Of a stretch of DNA of 64,000 nt, positions 19,547 through 33,549 are shown piece after piece; positions within the stretch are counted from its first letter, which is position 1, and every line of letters begins with the position of its first letter. The stretch is from Capsulimonadaceae bacterium (GTDB lineage Bacteria > Armatimonadota > Armatimonadia > Armatimonadales > Capsulimonadaceae): NCBI GenBank assembly GCA_965215505.1, contig OZ244065.1, forward strand, positions 4,736,001-4,800,000, in the 5' to 3' direction. A program made the position numbers and the translations under genes. Below the pieces are notes generated by a model. The model was not told the DNA's origin and made no database searches. It was given only the letters and a program-made list of their open reading frames with translations.

Positions 19547-20284
19547 ATGCGCGCTTTTCTCCACCGGGGCACCGACAACGAGTACCAGTCCGTGAACTTT
19601 GCCGTCGCCGCTCAAGGTTTCAAGGAGATGGGATGGGAGTTGATCGGCTATCAGGATGTCGCATCCATACTGCCCGAACTCAGCCTGGAAGACGTGGTCG
19701 TAGATTTCGTTGATGAGTCGCGGGAGGCGCTGAATCGCCTCGGCATTAAACCTGCTCCCGTTCCCACTTATCCCGAAGTGCTGCACCAGTATTTGGGAAG
19801 AAAGCTGTGGACCTCGACCATTGACAGGATCGCCTCCGCGCCGGAACTCTGGCCCGTCTTCGTCAAGCCGCGCGACGATTCAAAGAAGTTCACGGGGGTG
19901 CTTGTCAGGGGGACGGGCGACCTTGTAGGCTGTGGTGACCCGTCCCACGACACGCCTGTCTGGTGTTCCCAACCCGTGAACTTCATCAGCGAATGGCGCT
20001 GCTTTGTGCGCTACGGGAGAATCCTTGATGTCAGGCCCTACAAAGGGAACTGGCGCAGCCACTTCGACGCGCGGGTCATCGAAGAAGCGGTTGGGAGTTG
20101 GCAGGAGAAGCCGCGCGGGTGCGCGCTTGACTTCGGACTTGACGCGCAGGGCCGCACACTTATGGTCGAAGTCAATGACGGCTTTGCCCTGGGCGCTTAC
20201 GGCCTTCCTCCCCTCCTCTACGCGCGTCTTCTTTCGGCCCGCTGGTCGCAGCTGACAGGGGCCAAAGACTTTTGCGACTTCTAA
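19547..20284 (+). CDS. ATP-grasp domain protein (DUF4343/R2K-like)
   Basis: PVFVKP, KKFTG, EWRCFV, LDFG, VEVND. Confidence 0.8.
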   Translation: MRAFLHRGTDNEYQSVNFAVAAQGFKEMGWELIGYQDVASILPELSLEDVVVDFVDESREALNRLGIKPAPVPTYPEVLHQYLGRKLWTSTIDRIASAPELWPVFVKPRDDSKKFTGVLVRGTGDLVGCGDPSHDTPVWCSQPVNFISEWRCFVRYGRILDVRPYKGNWRSHFDARVIEEAVGSWQEKPRGCALDFGLDAQGRTLMVEVNDGFALGAYGLPPLLYARLLSARWSQLTGAKDFCDF

Positions 20285-20305
20285 CCAACTGCTAACAGGA
20301 ACACA

Positions 20306-21040
20306 ATGCTGCTCGAAAACAAAATCGCCCTCGTCACCGGCGCGGGCCGGGGCATCGGCGCGGTCGTCGCCCGCCGGTTCGCCGAAGAGGGCGCGCGCGT
20401 CGTCGTCCACTATCGGGGCAGCCGCGAACCTGCCGAGGCGCTGGCCCAGGAGATCAGCGGCATCGCGCTTCAGGCGGACCTGACGGACGCCCTCGCGACC
20501 GAGGCGATGGTGGCGGACGCCCTCTCGCACTTCGGGCGCATTGACGTCCTGGTGAACAACGCCGCCTCCTTCGCCGCCGACCTCACGTTTGCCTCGGCCA
20601 CCTGGGACGACTTCCGAACCGAGTTCGAGGGGGTGGTGGGGGCGACGGTCAACCCGACCAAAGCCGTCGCGCCCGTGATGATCTCGCAGGGGGAGGGGCG
20701 CATCGTCAACTTCGTCGCCACCCTTGTGCAGCGGCCCGCCGCCGAGTATGTCGTTCACACGACCGCCAAGAGCGCCCTCATCGGCCTGACGCGGACCCTG
20801 GCACGCGACCTCGGCCCGCACGGCATCACGGTCAACATGGTTTCGCCGGGCATGACCCTGACCGACTACTCCCAGAGCCTCCCGGACGACGTGAAGGCGC
20901 GCGTCAGCGGCCTGACCCCCCTGCGCCGCCTGGCGACGCCTGAAGACGTAGCGAACGTCGTCCTGTTCTACGCCTCCCCGCTGGCCGGCTTCGTCACCGG
21001 CGCGAACATCGCCCCCGACGGCGGTCTTGCCGTATTCTGA
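20306..21040 (+). CDS. SDR family oxidoreductase
   Basis: TGAGRGIG, VNNA, GITVNMVSPG; the YxxxK position reads HTTAK. Confidence 0.9.
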   Translation: MLLENKIALVTGAGRGIGAVVARRFAEEGARVVVHYRGSREPAEALAQEISGIALQADLTDALATEAMVADALSHFGRIDVLVNNAASFAADLTFASATWDDFRTEFEGVVGATVNPTKAVAPVMISQGEGRIVNFVATLVQRPAAEYVVHTTAKSALIGLTRTLARDLGPHGITVNMVSPGMTLTDYSQSLPDDVKARVSGLTPLRRLATPEDVANVVLFYASPLAGFVTGANIAPDGGLAVF

Positions 21041-21050
21041 GGGGGACGGA

Positions 21051-21178
21051 CCCCTACCCCCCGCCCCTGCCCCCGCAAGCGGGAGAGGGGAGTCAAAATA
21101 TGACTATGGTAGCGGCCGTCCCGGCATGAATTCTCCTTCATGCCCCCCTCTCCCGCTTGCGGGGGCGGGGCGGGGGGG
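21051..21178. repeat. inverted REP-like pair (CCCCTCTCCCGCTTGC family)
   Basis: 21051-21090 is the reverse complement of about 21143-21178; another copy near 45083. Confidence 0.55.
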
Positions 21179-21222
21179 CCCCACGTTCCGCCACGCCGCC
21201 ACATGGGTAAACATAACCACCC

Positions 21223-22410
21223 ATGAAAATCGCCTACTTCGACTGCTTCTCCGGCGTGAGCGGAGACATGACCCTCGCCGCCCTGCTGGCCTGTGGCGCG
21301 GACGAAGCCGCCTTCCGCGACCGCCTTGCCGCCCTCAACGTCCCCGGCTATGAACTGCGCGTTCAGCGCATCACGCGCGAGGGCATCACGGCCACCGACG
21401 TTGACGTGAAACTGATCGAAACCGAGCAAGGCCACGGGCGGCACCTCTCGGACATCGCCGCCATCCTGGACTCCAGCCCCCTGCCGCCGCGTGTCCGGCA
21501 GAACGCCCTCGCCGTCTTCACCCGCCTGGCCGACGCCGAGGCGAAGATCCACGGCACGACCCGCGAGCAGATCCATTTCCATGAGGTCGGGGCTGTGGAC
21601 GCCATCGTGGACATCGTCGGCTCCTGCCTGCTGCTGGACATGCTGGGCGTCGAGCGCGTCGTGATGTCCTCCATCCCCTGCGGCTACGGCACCATCCAGT
21701 GCCAGCACGGCATCATGCCCGTCCCCGCCCCGGCCACGATGGAGCTATTGCAAGGATTTCCCGTCCACTCGGTAGACATCAAGGGCGAACTGGTCACGCC
21801 GACCGGGGCTGCCCTCCTGACGACACTGGCTGATCCCCAATCGGCAGGCAGGATGCCCGCCATGCGCGTCCTGACCAGCGGCTTCGGGGCGGGCAAGAAG
21901 CAGTTCAAGCCGGACATGCCGAACCTCCTGCGCGTCATCCTCGGCGAGACCGAAGAGGCCGAGGCGGGGCGGGACAAAACGCCGCAGACCGTCGCCGTGC
22001 TGGAAACGAATCTGGACGACCAGAACCCCGAGGGCTTCGACCTGCTCATGGAACGCGCCTTCGCGGCGGGCGCTCTGGACGTCTTCTTCGCGCCCATCCA
22101 GATGAAGAAGAACCGCCCCGCTACGCTTCTTTCCGTCCTCTGCCCGCCCGACAAGGCCGATGCTTTGGCTGCCCTGCTGTTCCGCGAAACCGGCACCTTC
22201 GGCATCCGCGCCCGTGAGCAGCGCCGCTACACCTTGGCCCGCTCCTGGCGCACCGTCGCCACTGAGTTTGGTGACATCCGCCTCAAGGCCGGGGCCTGGC
22301 AAGGGGAGGAAGTCACGGTCGCCCCCGAATACGAGGACTGCAAGCGCGCCGCCCTCGCCCACGGCATCCCCCTCCGCCGCGTCTACGAAGCCGCCCTGCG
22401 GCAATCGTGA
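21223..22410 (+). CDS. larC: nickel-pincer cofactor biosynthesis nickel insertase
   Basis: YFDCFSGVSGDM, IHFHEVGAVDAIVD, ELVTPTGAA, ETNLDD, MKKNRP, PEYEDC. Confidence 0.95.
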   Translation: MKIAYFDCFSGVSGDMTLAALLACGADEAAFRDRLAALNVPGYELRVQRITREGITATDVDVKLIETEQGHGRHLSDIAAILDSSPLPPRVRQNALAVFTRLADAEAKIHGTTREQIHFHEVGAVDAIVDIVGSCLLLDMLGVERVVMSSIPCGYGTIQCQHGIMPVPAPATMELLQGFPVHSVDIKGELVTPTGAALLTTLADPQSAGRMPAMRVLTSGFGAGKKQFKPDMPNLLRVILGETEEAEAGRDKTPQTVAVLETNLDDQNPEGFDLLMERAFAAGALDVFFAPIQMKKNRPATLLSVLCPPDKADALAALLFRETGTFGIRAREQRRYTLARSWRTVATEFGDIRLKAGAWQGEEVTVAPEYEDCKRAALAHGIPLRRVYEAALRQS

Positions 22411-22603
22411 TCTCTCGCCGCCTTATCCTCTTCCCTCTCGCGTCCCCTGGACGCTGGGCTTTTCGGAGCCTCGGGTTTCAACCCGTGGCAATACCCGCCT
22501 GCCCGGTTTACAAACAATCCCCTGATGGTAAGTCGGTAACAGAAAAGACTTCACGCAATTCTAGGCTTCACGCAATCCTCGTAGCACGATCAGGAGCGAC
22601 CGC

Positions 22604-23974
22604 ATGGAACGAGACGACCACTCCCCCCGACCTTCAGACACCCCTACAGACGCCGACCCACACACTTCCGACTCCGAACTGAGCCGCCGCCAGTTCCTCC
22701 GCACTGCCGGCCTTCTCGGTGCGGGCATCGCCCTGACCGGACGCGCCGCCGCCCAGGGGGGCGGCAACAACAGCGGCAGCCCCCAGGCCGGCGACACGGC
22801 GGCGTCAGGCCAGCAGTCCGGCGGCCAAGGGGGCGGTCAGTCCGGCGGCCAGTCCCAGACCCCCCCGTCAGGGACCCAGGACAACGGCCCCACACGGTCC
22901 TCGCGCCGGACGACGGGCGCACTCGGCAGCCAGAGCAAAGGCTCCTCGGCCCCGAAGGGCGTCCTCGACGGCTCCCCGACCGGCGAGGGCGAGATCCCGC
23001 GCCGTCCGCTAGGCAAGACCGGCATGACCGTCTCCGCGCTTGGCCTGGGTGGGCACCACCTCGGCGACGCCGACAGCGTGAACGAGGCCATGAACATCGT
23101 CCACGAGGCCATTGACACCGGCATCACCTTCTTCGACAACTGCTGGGAGTATCACAACGGCAAGAGCGAGGACTGGCTGGGCCGTGCGCTGGACGGCGGG
23201 CGGCGCGATAAGGTCGTCCTGATGACCAAGGTGTGTACGCACGGCCGGACCAAGGCGCTGGCGATGAAGATGCTGGAGGAGTCCCTGCGGCGGCTCCAGA
23301 CCGACCACCTGGACGTCTGGCAGATCCACGCCATCACCTACGACAACGACCCCGAATTGGCCTACGCCACCGGCGGCGTTCTGGAAGCGATGACCGAGGC
23401 GAAGCAGCAGGGGAAGGTGCGCGCGGTCGGCTTCACCGGCCACAAGGACCCCGGCCTGCACCTGAAGATGATCCAGATGGGATACCCGTTCGACACCTGC
23501 CAGCTCCCCCTGAACCCCTTCGATGCGGGCTTCTTCAGCTTTGAACAGCAGGTCCTGCCCGTCCTGAACCAGAAGGGCATCGCGCCGCTGGGCATGAAGA
23601 GCATGAACGGCGGCGGCGAAGCCATCAAGCACGGCCTGATCACGGCGGAAGAAATGTTGCGCTACGCCATGGGCCTGCCCGTCGCCGTGACTATCGCCGG
23701 CATGGACTCGCTGGACGTGCTGCACCAGAACCTCCGCATCGCCCGAGGCTTCAAGCCTCTGTCGCCCGCCGAGACCGCCGAGCTGCGCGCCCGCTGCGCC
23801 CCGACCGCCGCCGACGGGCGGTACGAGCCGTACAAGGTCAGCATCCGCTACGACAACCCGATGACGCGCCAGCCGCACGGGTTCCCGGATGACCCCATGA
23901 ATAAGGAAGTCATAGACATGATGGAGACCGGCATCGCCCGCCCCGGCAACGCCGGACTCAACCTGTCCCTGTAA
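22604..23974 (+). CDS. aldo/keto reductase with Tat signal peptide
   Basis: SRRQFL Tat motif; RPLGKTG, FFDNCWEY, LMTK, WQIH, GFTGHKDP. Confidence 0.9.
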   Translation: MERDDHSPRPSDTPTDADPHTSDSELSRRQFLRTAGLLGAGIALTGRAAAQGGGNNSGSPQAGDTAASGQQSGGQGGGQSGGQSQTPPSGTQDNGPTRSSRRTTGALGSQSKGSSAPKGVLDGSPTGEGEIPRRPLGKTGMTVSALGLGGHHLGDADSVNEAMNIVHEAIDTGITFFDNCWEYHNGKSEDWLGRALDGGRRDKVVLMTKVCTHGRTKALAMKMLEESLRRLQTDHLDVWQIHAITYDNDPELAYATGGVLEAMTEAKQQGKVRAVGFTGHKDPGLHLKMIQMGYPFDTCQLPLNPFDAGFFSFEQQVLPVLNQKGIAPLGMKSMNGGGEAIKHGLITAEEMLRYAMGLPVAVTIAGMDSLDVLHQNLRIARGFKPLSPAETAELRARCAPTAADGRYEPYKVSIRYDNPMTRQPHGFPDDPMNKEVIDMMETGIARPGNAGLNLSL

Positions 23975-23997
23975 GCGACTCGCGAGAGGAACGAACC

Positions 23998-25206
23998 ATG
24001 CCGCAGAGCAACACGACGCCCGACCCACAGGCGCCTGACATGATGCCCACACCCGCCGACGAGCAGGTGGACAAGGGGCCGGAGGGCGTCCAGAACCACA
24101 GCACCGGCGGCAACGCCGTCGCGCACGACGCCGACCCGAAGCCACCCGTCCTACAGCGCCCCGGTGCGGCGGGCGGCCTGGGGACCGCAACGCCCGTCGC
24201 GATGGCACAGGCCTACCTGCCGTCCCCGCTCGTGCCGCCACCCGCGCCCCTGCCGATGACAAACACCGGACCGGGCCAGATCCCCAAAAAGCCGCTGGGC
24301 CGGACCGGCGAACACGTCAGCATCATCGGCCTTGGCGGGTCCAGCTTGGGCGACGCCAGCTCCTTGGAAGAGGCCGTGCAGATCGCCCACGAGGCCATAG
24401 ACGCGGGCGTCAACTTCATGGACAACGCCTGGGAATACAACAACCACCGGAGCGAGGACTGGATGGGCCGCGCCCTGCAAGGCCGCCGCGACCGCGTCTT
24501 CCTGATGACCAAGTGTTGCACCCACGGGCGCGACAAGAAAGTCGCCATGCAGCAGCTTGAGGAGTCCCTGACCCGCCTCCGCACGGATCATTTGGACCTG
24601 TGGCAGATCCACGAGTGCGTCTACTACGACGACCCCGACCTGCACTTCGCCCCTGGCGGCGTCTGGGAGGCCATGCTGGAGGCCAAGAAGCAGGGCAAGG
24701 TCCGCTTCATCGGCTTTACGGGCCACAAGACGCCCCAAATCCACCTGCGGATGATGGCGATGGCCGACCAGCACAACATGAAATTCGACACCGTCCAGAT
24801 GCCGCTGAACGCCTTTGACGCCACTTACCGGAGTTTCCAGCAGTACGTTCTGCCGGAAGCCAACCGGCGCGGCATGGGCGTCCTGGGCATGAAGAGCCTC
24901 GGTGGAGCGGGCGAACCCGTCCAGCAGGGCGCGGTGACCGCCCGCGAGGCCCTGCGCTACGCCATGAGCCTGCCGGTCGCGACGACGATCAGCGGCATTG
25001 ACTCGCTTCAAGTCCTGCGCCAAAACCTCGCCGTCGCCCGCGACTTCCAGCCCATGACGGCGGACGAGATGACCGCCCTGGCCCGGCGCTGCCAGGCGTT
25101 GGCCGGGGACGGGCACCTGGAACTCTACAAGAGTACCAAGAAGTACGACGCCAACGTGGGCCGCTCCCAGCACAACTACCCGTCGCTGGAAGAACTCCCA
25201 ATGTGA
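23998..25206 (+). CDS. aldo/keto reductase (paralog)
   Basis: PLGRTG, FMDNAWEY, LMTK, WQIH, GFTGHK. Confidence 0.9.
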   Translation: MPQSNTTPDPQAPDMMPTPADEQVDKGPEGVQNHSTGGNAVAHDADPKPPVLQRPGAAGGLGTATPVAMAQAYLPSPLVPPPAPLPMTNTGPGQIPKKPLGRTGEHVSIIGLGGSSLGDASSLEEAVQIAHEAIDAGVNFMDNAWEYNNHRSEDWMGRALQGRRDRVFLMTKCCTHGRDKKVAMQQLEESLTRLRTDHLDLWQIHECVYYDDPDLHFAPGGVWEAMLEAKKQGKVRFIGFTGHKTPQIHLRMMAMADQHNMKFDTVQMPLNAFDATYRSFQQYVLPEANRRGMGVLGMKSLGGAGEPVQQGAVTAREALRYAMSLPVATTISGIDSLQVLRQNLAVARDFQPMTADEMTALARRCQALAGDGHLELYKSTKKYDANVGRSQHNYPSLEELPM

Positions 25207-26400
25207 CCGCTGCCTCTCCTGAAACAGACCGGATGAACTGGCCCGTGCTGATCGCAGTCGGCACGGGCACGTTCATGTCGGCCCTCGACGGCAGTGTCGC
25301 CAACACCGTCCTGCCGGTCCTAACCCACGCCCTGCACGGCAGCATCGCCAATGCGGAGTGGGTCGTCACCGTCTACCTGCTCGTCACCAGCGCCCTGCTG
25401 CTCAGTGCCGGGCGCTGGGGCGACCTGCACGGCCACAAGCCGATGTACCTGGTGGGGTTCGTCGTCTTCATCCTCGGGTCGGCCCTCTGCGGCCTGGCGA
25501 CGACCCTCCCCCTGCTGGTCGTCATGCGCGGCTTGCAGGCACTCGGCGCGACCTGCCTCTTCGCCTCCTCCCCGGCCATCGTCACCCTGAACTTCCCCGC
25601 CAAGCGGCGCGGGCAGGCCTTGGGCTTGCAGGCGACCCTAACCTATCTCGGCATCACGGCCGGGCCGCTGCTCGGCGGCTGGCTGACCTCTCACCTCGGC
25701 TGGCGCTCCGTCTTCTTCCTCAACGTCCCCATCGGCCTGCTCGCACTCGGCCTGAGCCAGCGCTTCGTCCCGCGCGACCATCCGCGCTCGACCTCGGCCG
25801 CCTTCGACATCCCCGGCTCCGCCCTGTTCGCCGCCGGCCTGGTCGCCCTGCTGCTGGCCTTGAACCAGGGCCACGCCTGGGGCTGGGCCTCGCTGCCCAC
25901 TCTCGGCCTTCTCCTGCTCGCCGCCGTTTCCCTGGCCGGGTTCGTCGCGTGGGAGCGGCGCACGGCCACCCCGATGCTCGACCTGGGCCTGTTCCGCGAC
26001 CGCAGCTTTTCCGCCGCGGGCGTCAGCGCCCTGCTCAATTTCGTCTGCCTGAGCGGCCTCCTGTTCCTACTGCCCTTCTATCTTATCGAAGGTCGGGGCC
26101 TGTCCGCCGCCCGCGCCGGTTTCTTCATCTGTGCCCTGCCGCTCGCCATGGCCGCCGTCGCCCCCGCTTCCGGCTGGCTCTCCGACCGTGTGGGGGCCGC
26201 CCTGCCCGCGACAACCGGCATGGCCCTCCTCGCCGCCGCGACACTGCTGCTGACCCGCCTCGGCCCTGAGTCAAGCCTGCACACCCTCGCCTGGGAACTC
26301 GCCCTGGCGGGCCTGGGCGTCGGCCTCTTCCTGTCCCCCAACAACAGCGCCCTGATGGGGTCCGCCCCGCGCGACCGCCAGGGCGTCGCGTCCGGCGTCC
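25203..26400 (+). pseudogene. DHA2-family MFS transporter, C-terminally truncated
   Basis: FMSALDGSVAN, GRWGDLHGHK, PMLDLGLF; membrane-protein character ends at RQGVASGV and the frame continues antisense into lacZ. Confidence 0.65.
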
Positions 26401-26423
26401 GCGCCGGGGGTGGGGGCTTCCCC

Positions 26424-29666
<3,243 letters not shown>

Positions 29667-29675
29667 CTACGCGGT

Positions 29676-31130
29676 TTAACGCCGGGACGCGCCTCTGAAA
29701 TAATCCAGCCTCTTCACCCCGTACTTCAGCCCCGCGCTCCGGGCAAGCACCAAAGCCGCCGTCCGGTCCGCAGTCGCGCCGAAAACCGGCTCCGGCTGGT
29801 AGTCGTTCCTCAGCACGCTCCCACCGTTCCTCACCCGGCTGGACGTGATCCAGCACGGGACGACCGAAGCCCCCACCGTTCCCACTTTCCCGCCCCGCGC
29901 CCGGAAACGCAGCCTCAGAATAAAGGTGTCGGGGGAGCGGGCCAGCGAGTTCCCGCCGAACGCGAAGTTGCCCAGGCTGTAGGCGATGTACCTGCCCCTG
30001 TAAAGCTCGACGCCCTGCACGACATGGGGGTGATGGCCGACCACCGCATCCGCCCCGGCGTCTATGAACCTCCGCCCCATCGCCTGCTGCCACGGCCTGG
30101 GGGTCGGGTCGAGTTCACTGCCCCAATGCATCACCACGATCACGATGTTGCCGGGCCGCTTGTAACGCCTGATCTGGCGGAGGACTCGTTCCGGCACCCC
30201 GCCAATCATCGTGGTGTTCTCGCCGACCACCGTGCAGTCCCCGATGATGACCGTTTGCACGCCTTGAAGCGTCGTGACATAGGGCGTGTCCTGGTAGAAG
30301 GCCGGGACGTGCGCCTTTCTGAAGTTGGCGACGGTGTCGCTGAACCCCGCCTGGAGGTAATCGCCCGAGTGGTTGTTGGACAGGCCGACGGCCTCCACCG
30401 ACCCGGCCGGGAAGATCGCGGCGTACCGAGCCGCCCCCTTGAACTTCCACTGCTTGTCGGCGGTCCGGGCGGCGTCCGTGAGTGTGCATTCGAAGTTGAC
30501 AACGGTAAGATCGTCGTTCAGGAACCAGGGCCTCACCAGAGCGAAAGGGTAATCCAACCGCCCGGCCCGCCGGTACACCGAGGGAAAGCGGGCCGCGCTG
30601 TCGTCCCCGTTGACCGTGCCGAACGTGCAGTCGCCGGCAAAGGACAGCACCACCTCCCCCCGCTTCCTGCGGTTTCTGGCGTCGCAGGCGGCGGCGGCAA
30701 GGTCAATCAGGTTTCGGGGGATGCCGGGAAGTCGTGGCATGGATGCCGCCGACTGAGGCGAAAGGACGCCCCCCAGCATGGCAGAAAGTCTTTCCGCGAA
30801 GGGGGTAGGGGTGGCGTCAAGCCGTGCCAAAAGGCCGCGCGTCTCGCCGAGAGCGGCCCGCGATGCGCCGGTGTCACAGAGGGCTTCCAGGCAGTGCAAA
30901 GCCCCTCGGGTCGCCGCCCTCCGGTCGAATATGCCTGGGTTGACCTTCGCAACGACCGCCTTGACAGGCGACACGATGACGGGGCGACTGGCCGCGCGCC
31001 GGGTCAGCGCAGCAGTTTGCCTGCCGAGCGTCCTGACCAGGAGTACAGCCACCGACACAAGCAGCGCCACCAGGAGGAGAACGGCGAGCATGCGGGCGGA
31101 CGGCGACTTCCTTGCTAAACGTGGGGCCAT
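29676..31130 (-). CDS. CapA family (PGA_cap) metallophosphatase-like protein
   Basis: FAGD, VNFE, LSNNH, MHWG, GHHPHV, YSLGNF; N-terminal TM segment. Confidence 0.88.
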   Translation of the reverse strand: MAPRLARKSPSARMLAVLLLVALLVSVAVLLVRTLGRQTAALTRRAASRPVIVSPVKAVVAKVNPGIFDRRAATRGALHCLEALCDTGASRAALGETRGLLARLDATPTPFAERLSAMLGGVLSPQSAASMPRLPGIPRNLIDLAAAACDARNRRKRGEVVLSFAGDCTFGTVNGDDSAARFPSVYRRAGRLDYPFALVRPWFLNDDLTVVNFECTLTDAARTADKQWKFKGAARYAAIFPAGSVEAVGLSNNHSGDYLQAGFSDTVANFRKAHVPAFYQDTPYVTTLQGVQTVIIGDCTVVGENTTMIGGVPERVLRQIRRYKRPGNIVIVVMHWGSELDPTPRPWQQAMGRRFIDAGADAVVGHHPHVVQGVELYRGRYIAYSLGNFAFGGNSLARSPDTFILRLRFRARGGKVGTVGASVVPCWITSSRVRNGGSVLRNDYQPEPVFGATADRTAALVLARSAGLKYGVKRLDYFRGASRR

Positions 31131-31270
31131 GAAACCTCTGGTCACGGGGCGAATGCAGGGATTCCGGGCGGATATGTTGAAACTCGTGCAACCCCATGAC
31201 GACCAACGACTCCGTTCTACCCCCCACAAAAGCTGCCACCTATAGGGTCGCGAAAGCGTGTCCGGGAACG

Positions 31271-31867
31271 GTGCGGCTGTGGACCATCCAGCCGCTTCAT
31301 GTATGGGAGAAGCTACGCCAACAAGGGACGCTCTGGGTTGATCCTACGGATGAGGGATTCTCCCGAATACTTCAAGAGGAGTACGACTAGATGTGCCAAC
31401 AGATGCGCCGCCGTCTGCCCGAATACGAGGGCCATTACCCGTGGTGGGCGTATGATTACAGGCTAGACCTGCGCTCGTTCCGGCATCAGGTGTATGGGGG
31501 CCGTCAGGTGCTTATGGAGTTGGCTGTTCCATCGGAGCGGGTGCTGCTCTCCGCCTATGGGGCTTGGCACTGCGTACTCAACCGCTTTCACCTGCCCTAT
31601 GCCGTAGATGAAGAGGGATACGAACGTGAACAGGACGCTTGGGACGCAGAGTTAGAAGCCGAGGGCCTTGACCCCTACCGGGACAGTATGCTTCCTGAAC
31701 CCTGGCAGTCACGAATGGCCGCCAGTTGGGACCGAATCTTTGACGTGGACGACCTGCGGGACACGAACACCATCCAGGCTTGTTTCGAGCGGCTGGACTT
31801 GAGCGATGTTGTGAAGGTAACAGAGTTTACCCCGGCGAAACGGAGAACTAGAGTACGCCGCTGTTGA
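31271..31867 (+). pseudogene. DUF3841-like protein interrupted by an in-frame TAG at 31388-31390
   Basis: RLWTIQ...EEYD*MCQQMRRRL...YPWWAY...VLLS...WHCVLN...SWDRIF...IQACF in one frame. Confidence 0.7.
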
Positions 31868-32606
31868 TCCGATGCGCGTACACCGCCGCCCCGAACCCGT
31901 TGTCAATGTTGACCACGGCCACCCCGCCCGCGCAGGAATTCAGCATCGTCAGCAGAGCCGAAACGCCCCCGAAAGACGTCCCATAGCCAACGCTCGTCGG
32001 CACGGCGACGACGGGCCGGGACACCAGCCCCGCCACCACGCTCGCCAGTGCCCCCTCCATGCCCGCACAGACCACCAGCGCGTGAGCATTCTGAACGGTG
32101 TCCAGGCGACCCAGAATCCGGTGCAGGCCGGCAACCCCGACATCGTACAGCCGCTCAATACGGCTCCCGTGCCACTCCAACGTCAGGGCCGCCTCCTCGC
32201 CGACCGGCGTGTCCGCCGTCCCCGCCGTCAGCACCGCAACGTAGCGTTCGGGGTTGGCTGGCTTGGGCGGCTCACCCACTGTGATCAGCCGGGGGAGGGT
32301 ATGGTACACCGCCTGCGGCAGCACGTCTTTGACCGCCGCGTACTGCGCCGCCGTCGCCCGCGTCGCCAGCACCCGGTCCGAGTGTTCGGTCAGTCGGTGC
32401 ATGATCGCCGCCACCTGCTCCTCGGACTTGCCGGGGCAATACACCACTTCGGGCGCTCCCGTCCGCACGGCGCGGTGCGTGTCGAGCTGTGCGAAGTCCC
32501 CGACGCTGTCAAACGGCAGCGACCGCAGCCGCTCCAAAGCGTCCGCGACGGCGACCTCACCGCTCTGGACACCCCCCAGCAGCGCGGCCAGGCGATCAAT
32601 GTCCAT
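31848..32606 (-). CDS. larB: nickel-pincer cofactor biosynthesis carboxylase/hydrolase
   Basis: PEVVYCPGK, AGTAD, DVGVAGLHR, AGMEGAL, PTSVGYG, VNIDNGFGAA. Confidence 0.96.
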   Translation of the reverse strand: MDIDRLAALLGGVQSGEVAVADALERLRSLPFDSVGDFAQLDTHRAVRTGAPEVVYCPGKSEEQVAAIMHRLTEHSDRVLATRATAAQYAAVKDVLPQAVYHTLPRLITVGEPPKPANPERYVAVLTAGTADTPVGEEAALTLEWHGSRIERLYDVGVAGLHRILGRLDTVQNAHALVVCAGMEGALASVVAGLVSRPVVAVPTSVGYGTSFGGVSALLTMLNSCAGGVAVVNIDNGFGAAVYAHRINSGVL

Positions 32607-33474
32607 GCGTTTCTCCCAGGGCGGCGTTCAGGCTGCCGCTCTTGTACCCGCCCAGCTCGACAGCGACATAGGTGTACCCCAGCGCCTTCAGCCGCTCGCT
32701 GACCTGCCCGCGCAGGTTCGGGTCGAGCAGCCGGTTCATCTCGGCAGGGTCCACTTCCAGCCTTGCTATGCTGTCATGGTGCCGGACGCGCACCTGCCGA
32801 AAGCCCAGGTCATGCCGCAAATAGTCTTCGGCGGCGTCCAGCCGCGCCAGAAGCTCCGCCGTGATGCGCGTCCCGTAAGGGAACCGCGACGACAGGCAGG
32901 CCAGCGCGGGCTTGTCCCAGGTCGCCAGTCCCAGCACTTTGGACAGGTGGCGTATCTCCGCCTTGGTCATCCCGACTTCCAGCAGCGGGGCGCGCGCCCC
33001 GAACTCCTGCGCCGCCGTCTGGCCGGGCCTATAGTCCCCCAGGTCGTCGTGGTTCGCCCCGTAGGCGATCCAGCGGATGCCGCGCTCCTCCGCCACCCGC
33101 GCCAGATGCGTGAACAGCTCGGCCTTGCAGTAGTAGCAGCGGTTGGTCGGGTTGGAAGCGTAGTTTTCGTCTTCCAATTCGCGCGCCTCCACCGTCAGCA
33201 CCGGCACGCCGATGGCCGCCGCCAGAGCCAGGGCGTCGTCGCGCTCGCGCTTCGGATAGGACTCCGACAGGGCGATCACGGCCAATGCCTTGTCCCCCAG
33301 CACGTCGTGGGCGACCCTGGCAAGCAGGGCACTGTCCGCCCCACCCGAGAAGCCGATCACGACCGCCCCCAGCGACCGCAGGTTTTCGCGCAGGGCCTCA
33401 TATTTCTCTTCCAGCGTCGGCGTCTCAGGGCCTAGTTCGGCGTTGACGGGCAGAAATCGTGAAAGTGTTTGCAT
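32596..33474 (-). CDS. larE: ATP-dependent sulfur transferase of nickel-pincer cofactor biosynthesis
   Basis: FSGGADS PP-loop, RCYYCK, DYRPG, KPALACLSSRFPYG, QVRVRHH. Confidence 0.95.
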   Translation of the reverse strand: MQTLSRFLPVNAELGPETPTLEEKYEALRENLRSLGAVVIGFSGGADSALLARVAHDVLGDKALAVIALSESYPKRERDDALALAAAIGVPVLTVEARELEDENYASNPTNRCYYCKAELFTHLARVAEERGIRWIAYGANHDDLGDYRPGQTAAQEFGARAPLLEVGMTKAEIRHLSKVLGLATWDKPALACLSSRFPYGTRITAELLARLDAAEDYLRHDLGFRQVRVRHHDSIARLEVDPAEMNRLLDPNLRGQVSERLKALGYTYVAVELGGYKSGSLNAALGETHGH

Positions 33475-33488
33475 GGATGCTCTATCGT

Positions 33489-33549
33489 GTAGGGGCGCGA
33501 TTCATCGCGCCCTCTTCTCCGCCCGGCCCTCTTCTCCGCCCGGCTCTAC
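33489..33549. repeat. GTAG-type REP element
   Basis: GTAGGGGCGCGATTCATCGCGCCC; relatives at 2759, 29547, 29640, 37172, 44719, 51766 (inverted) and 51800. Confidence 0.7.
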
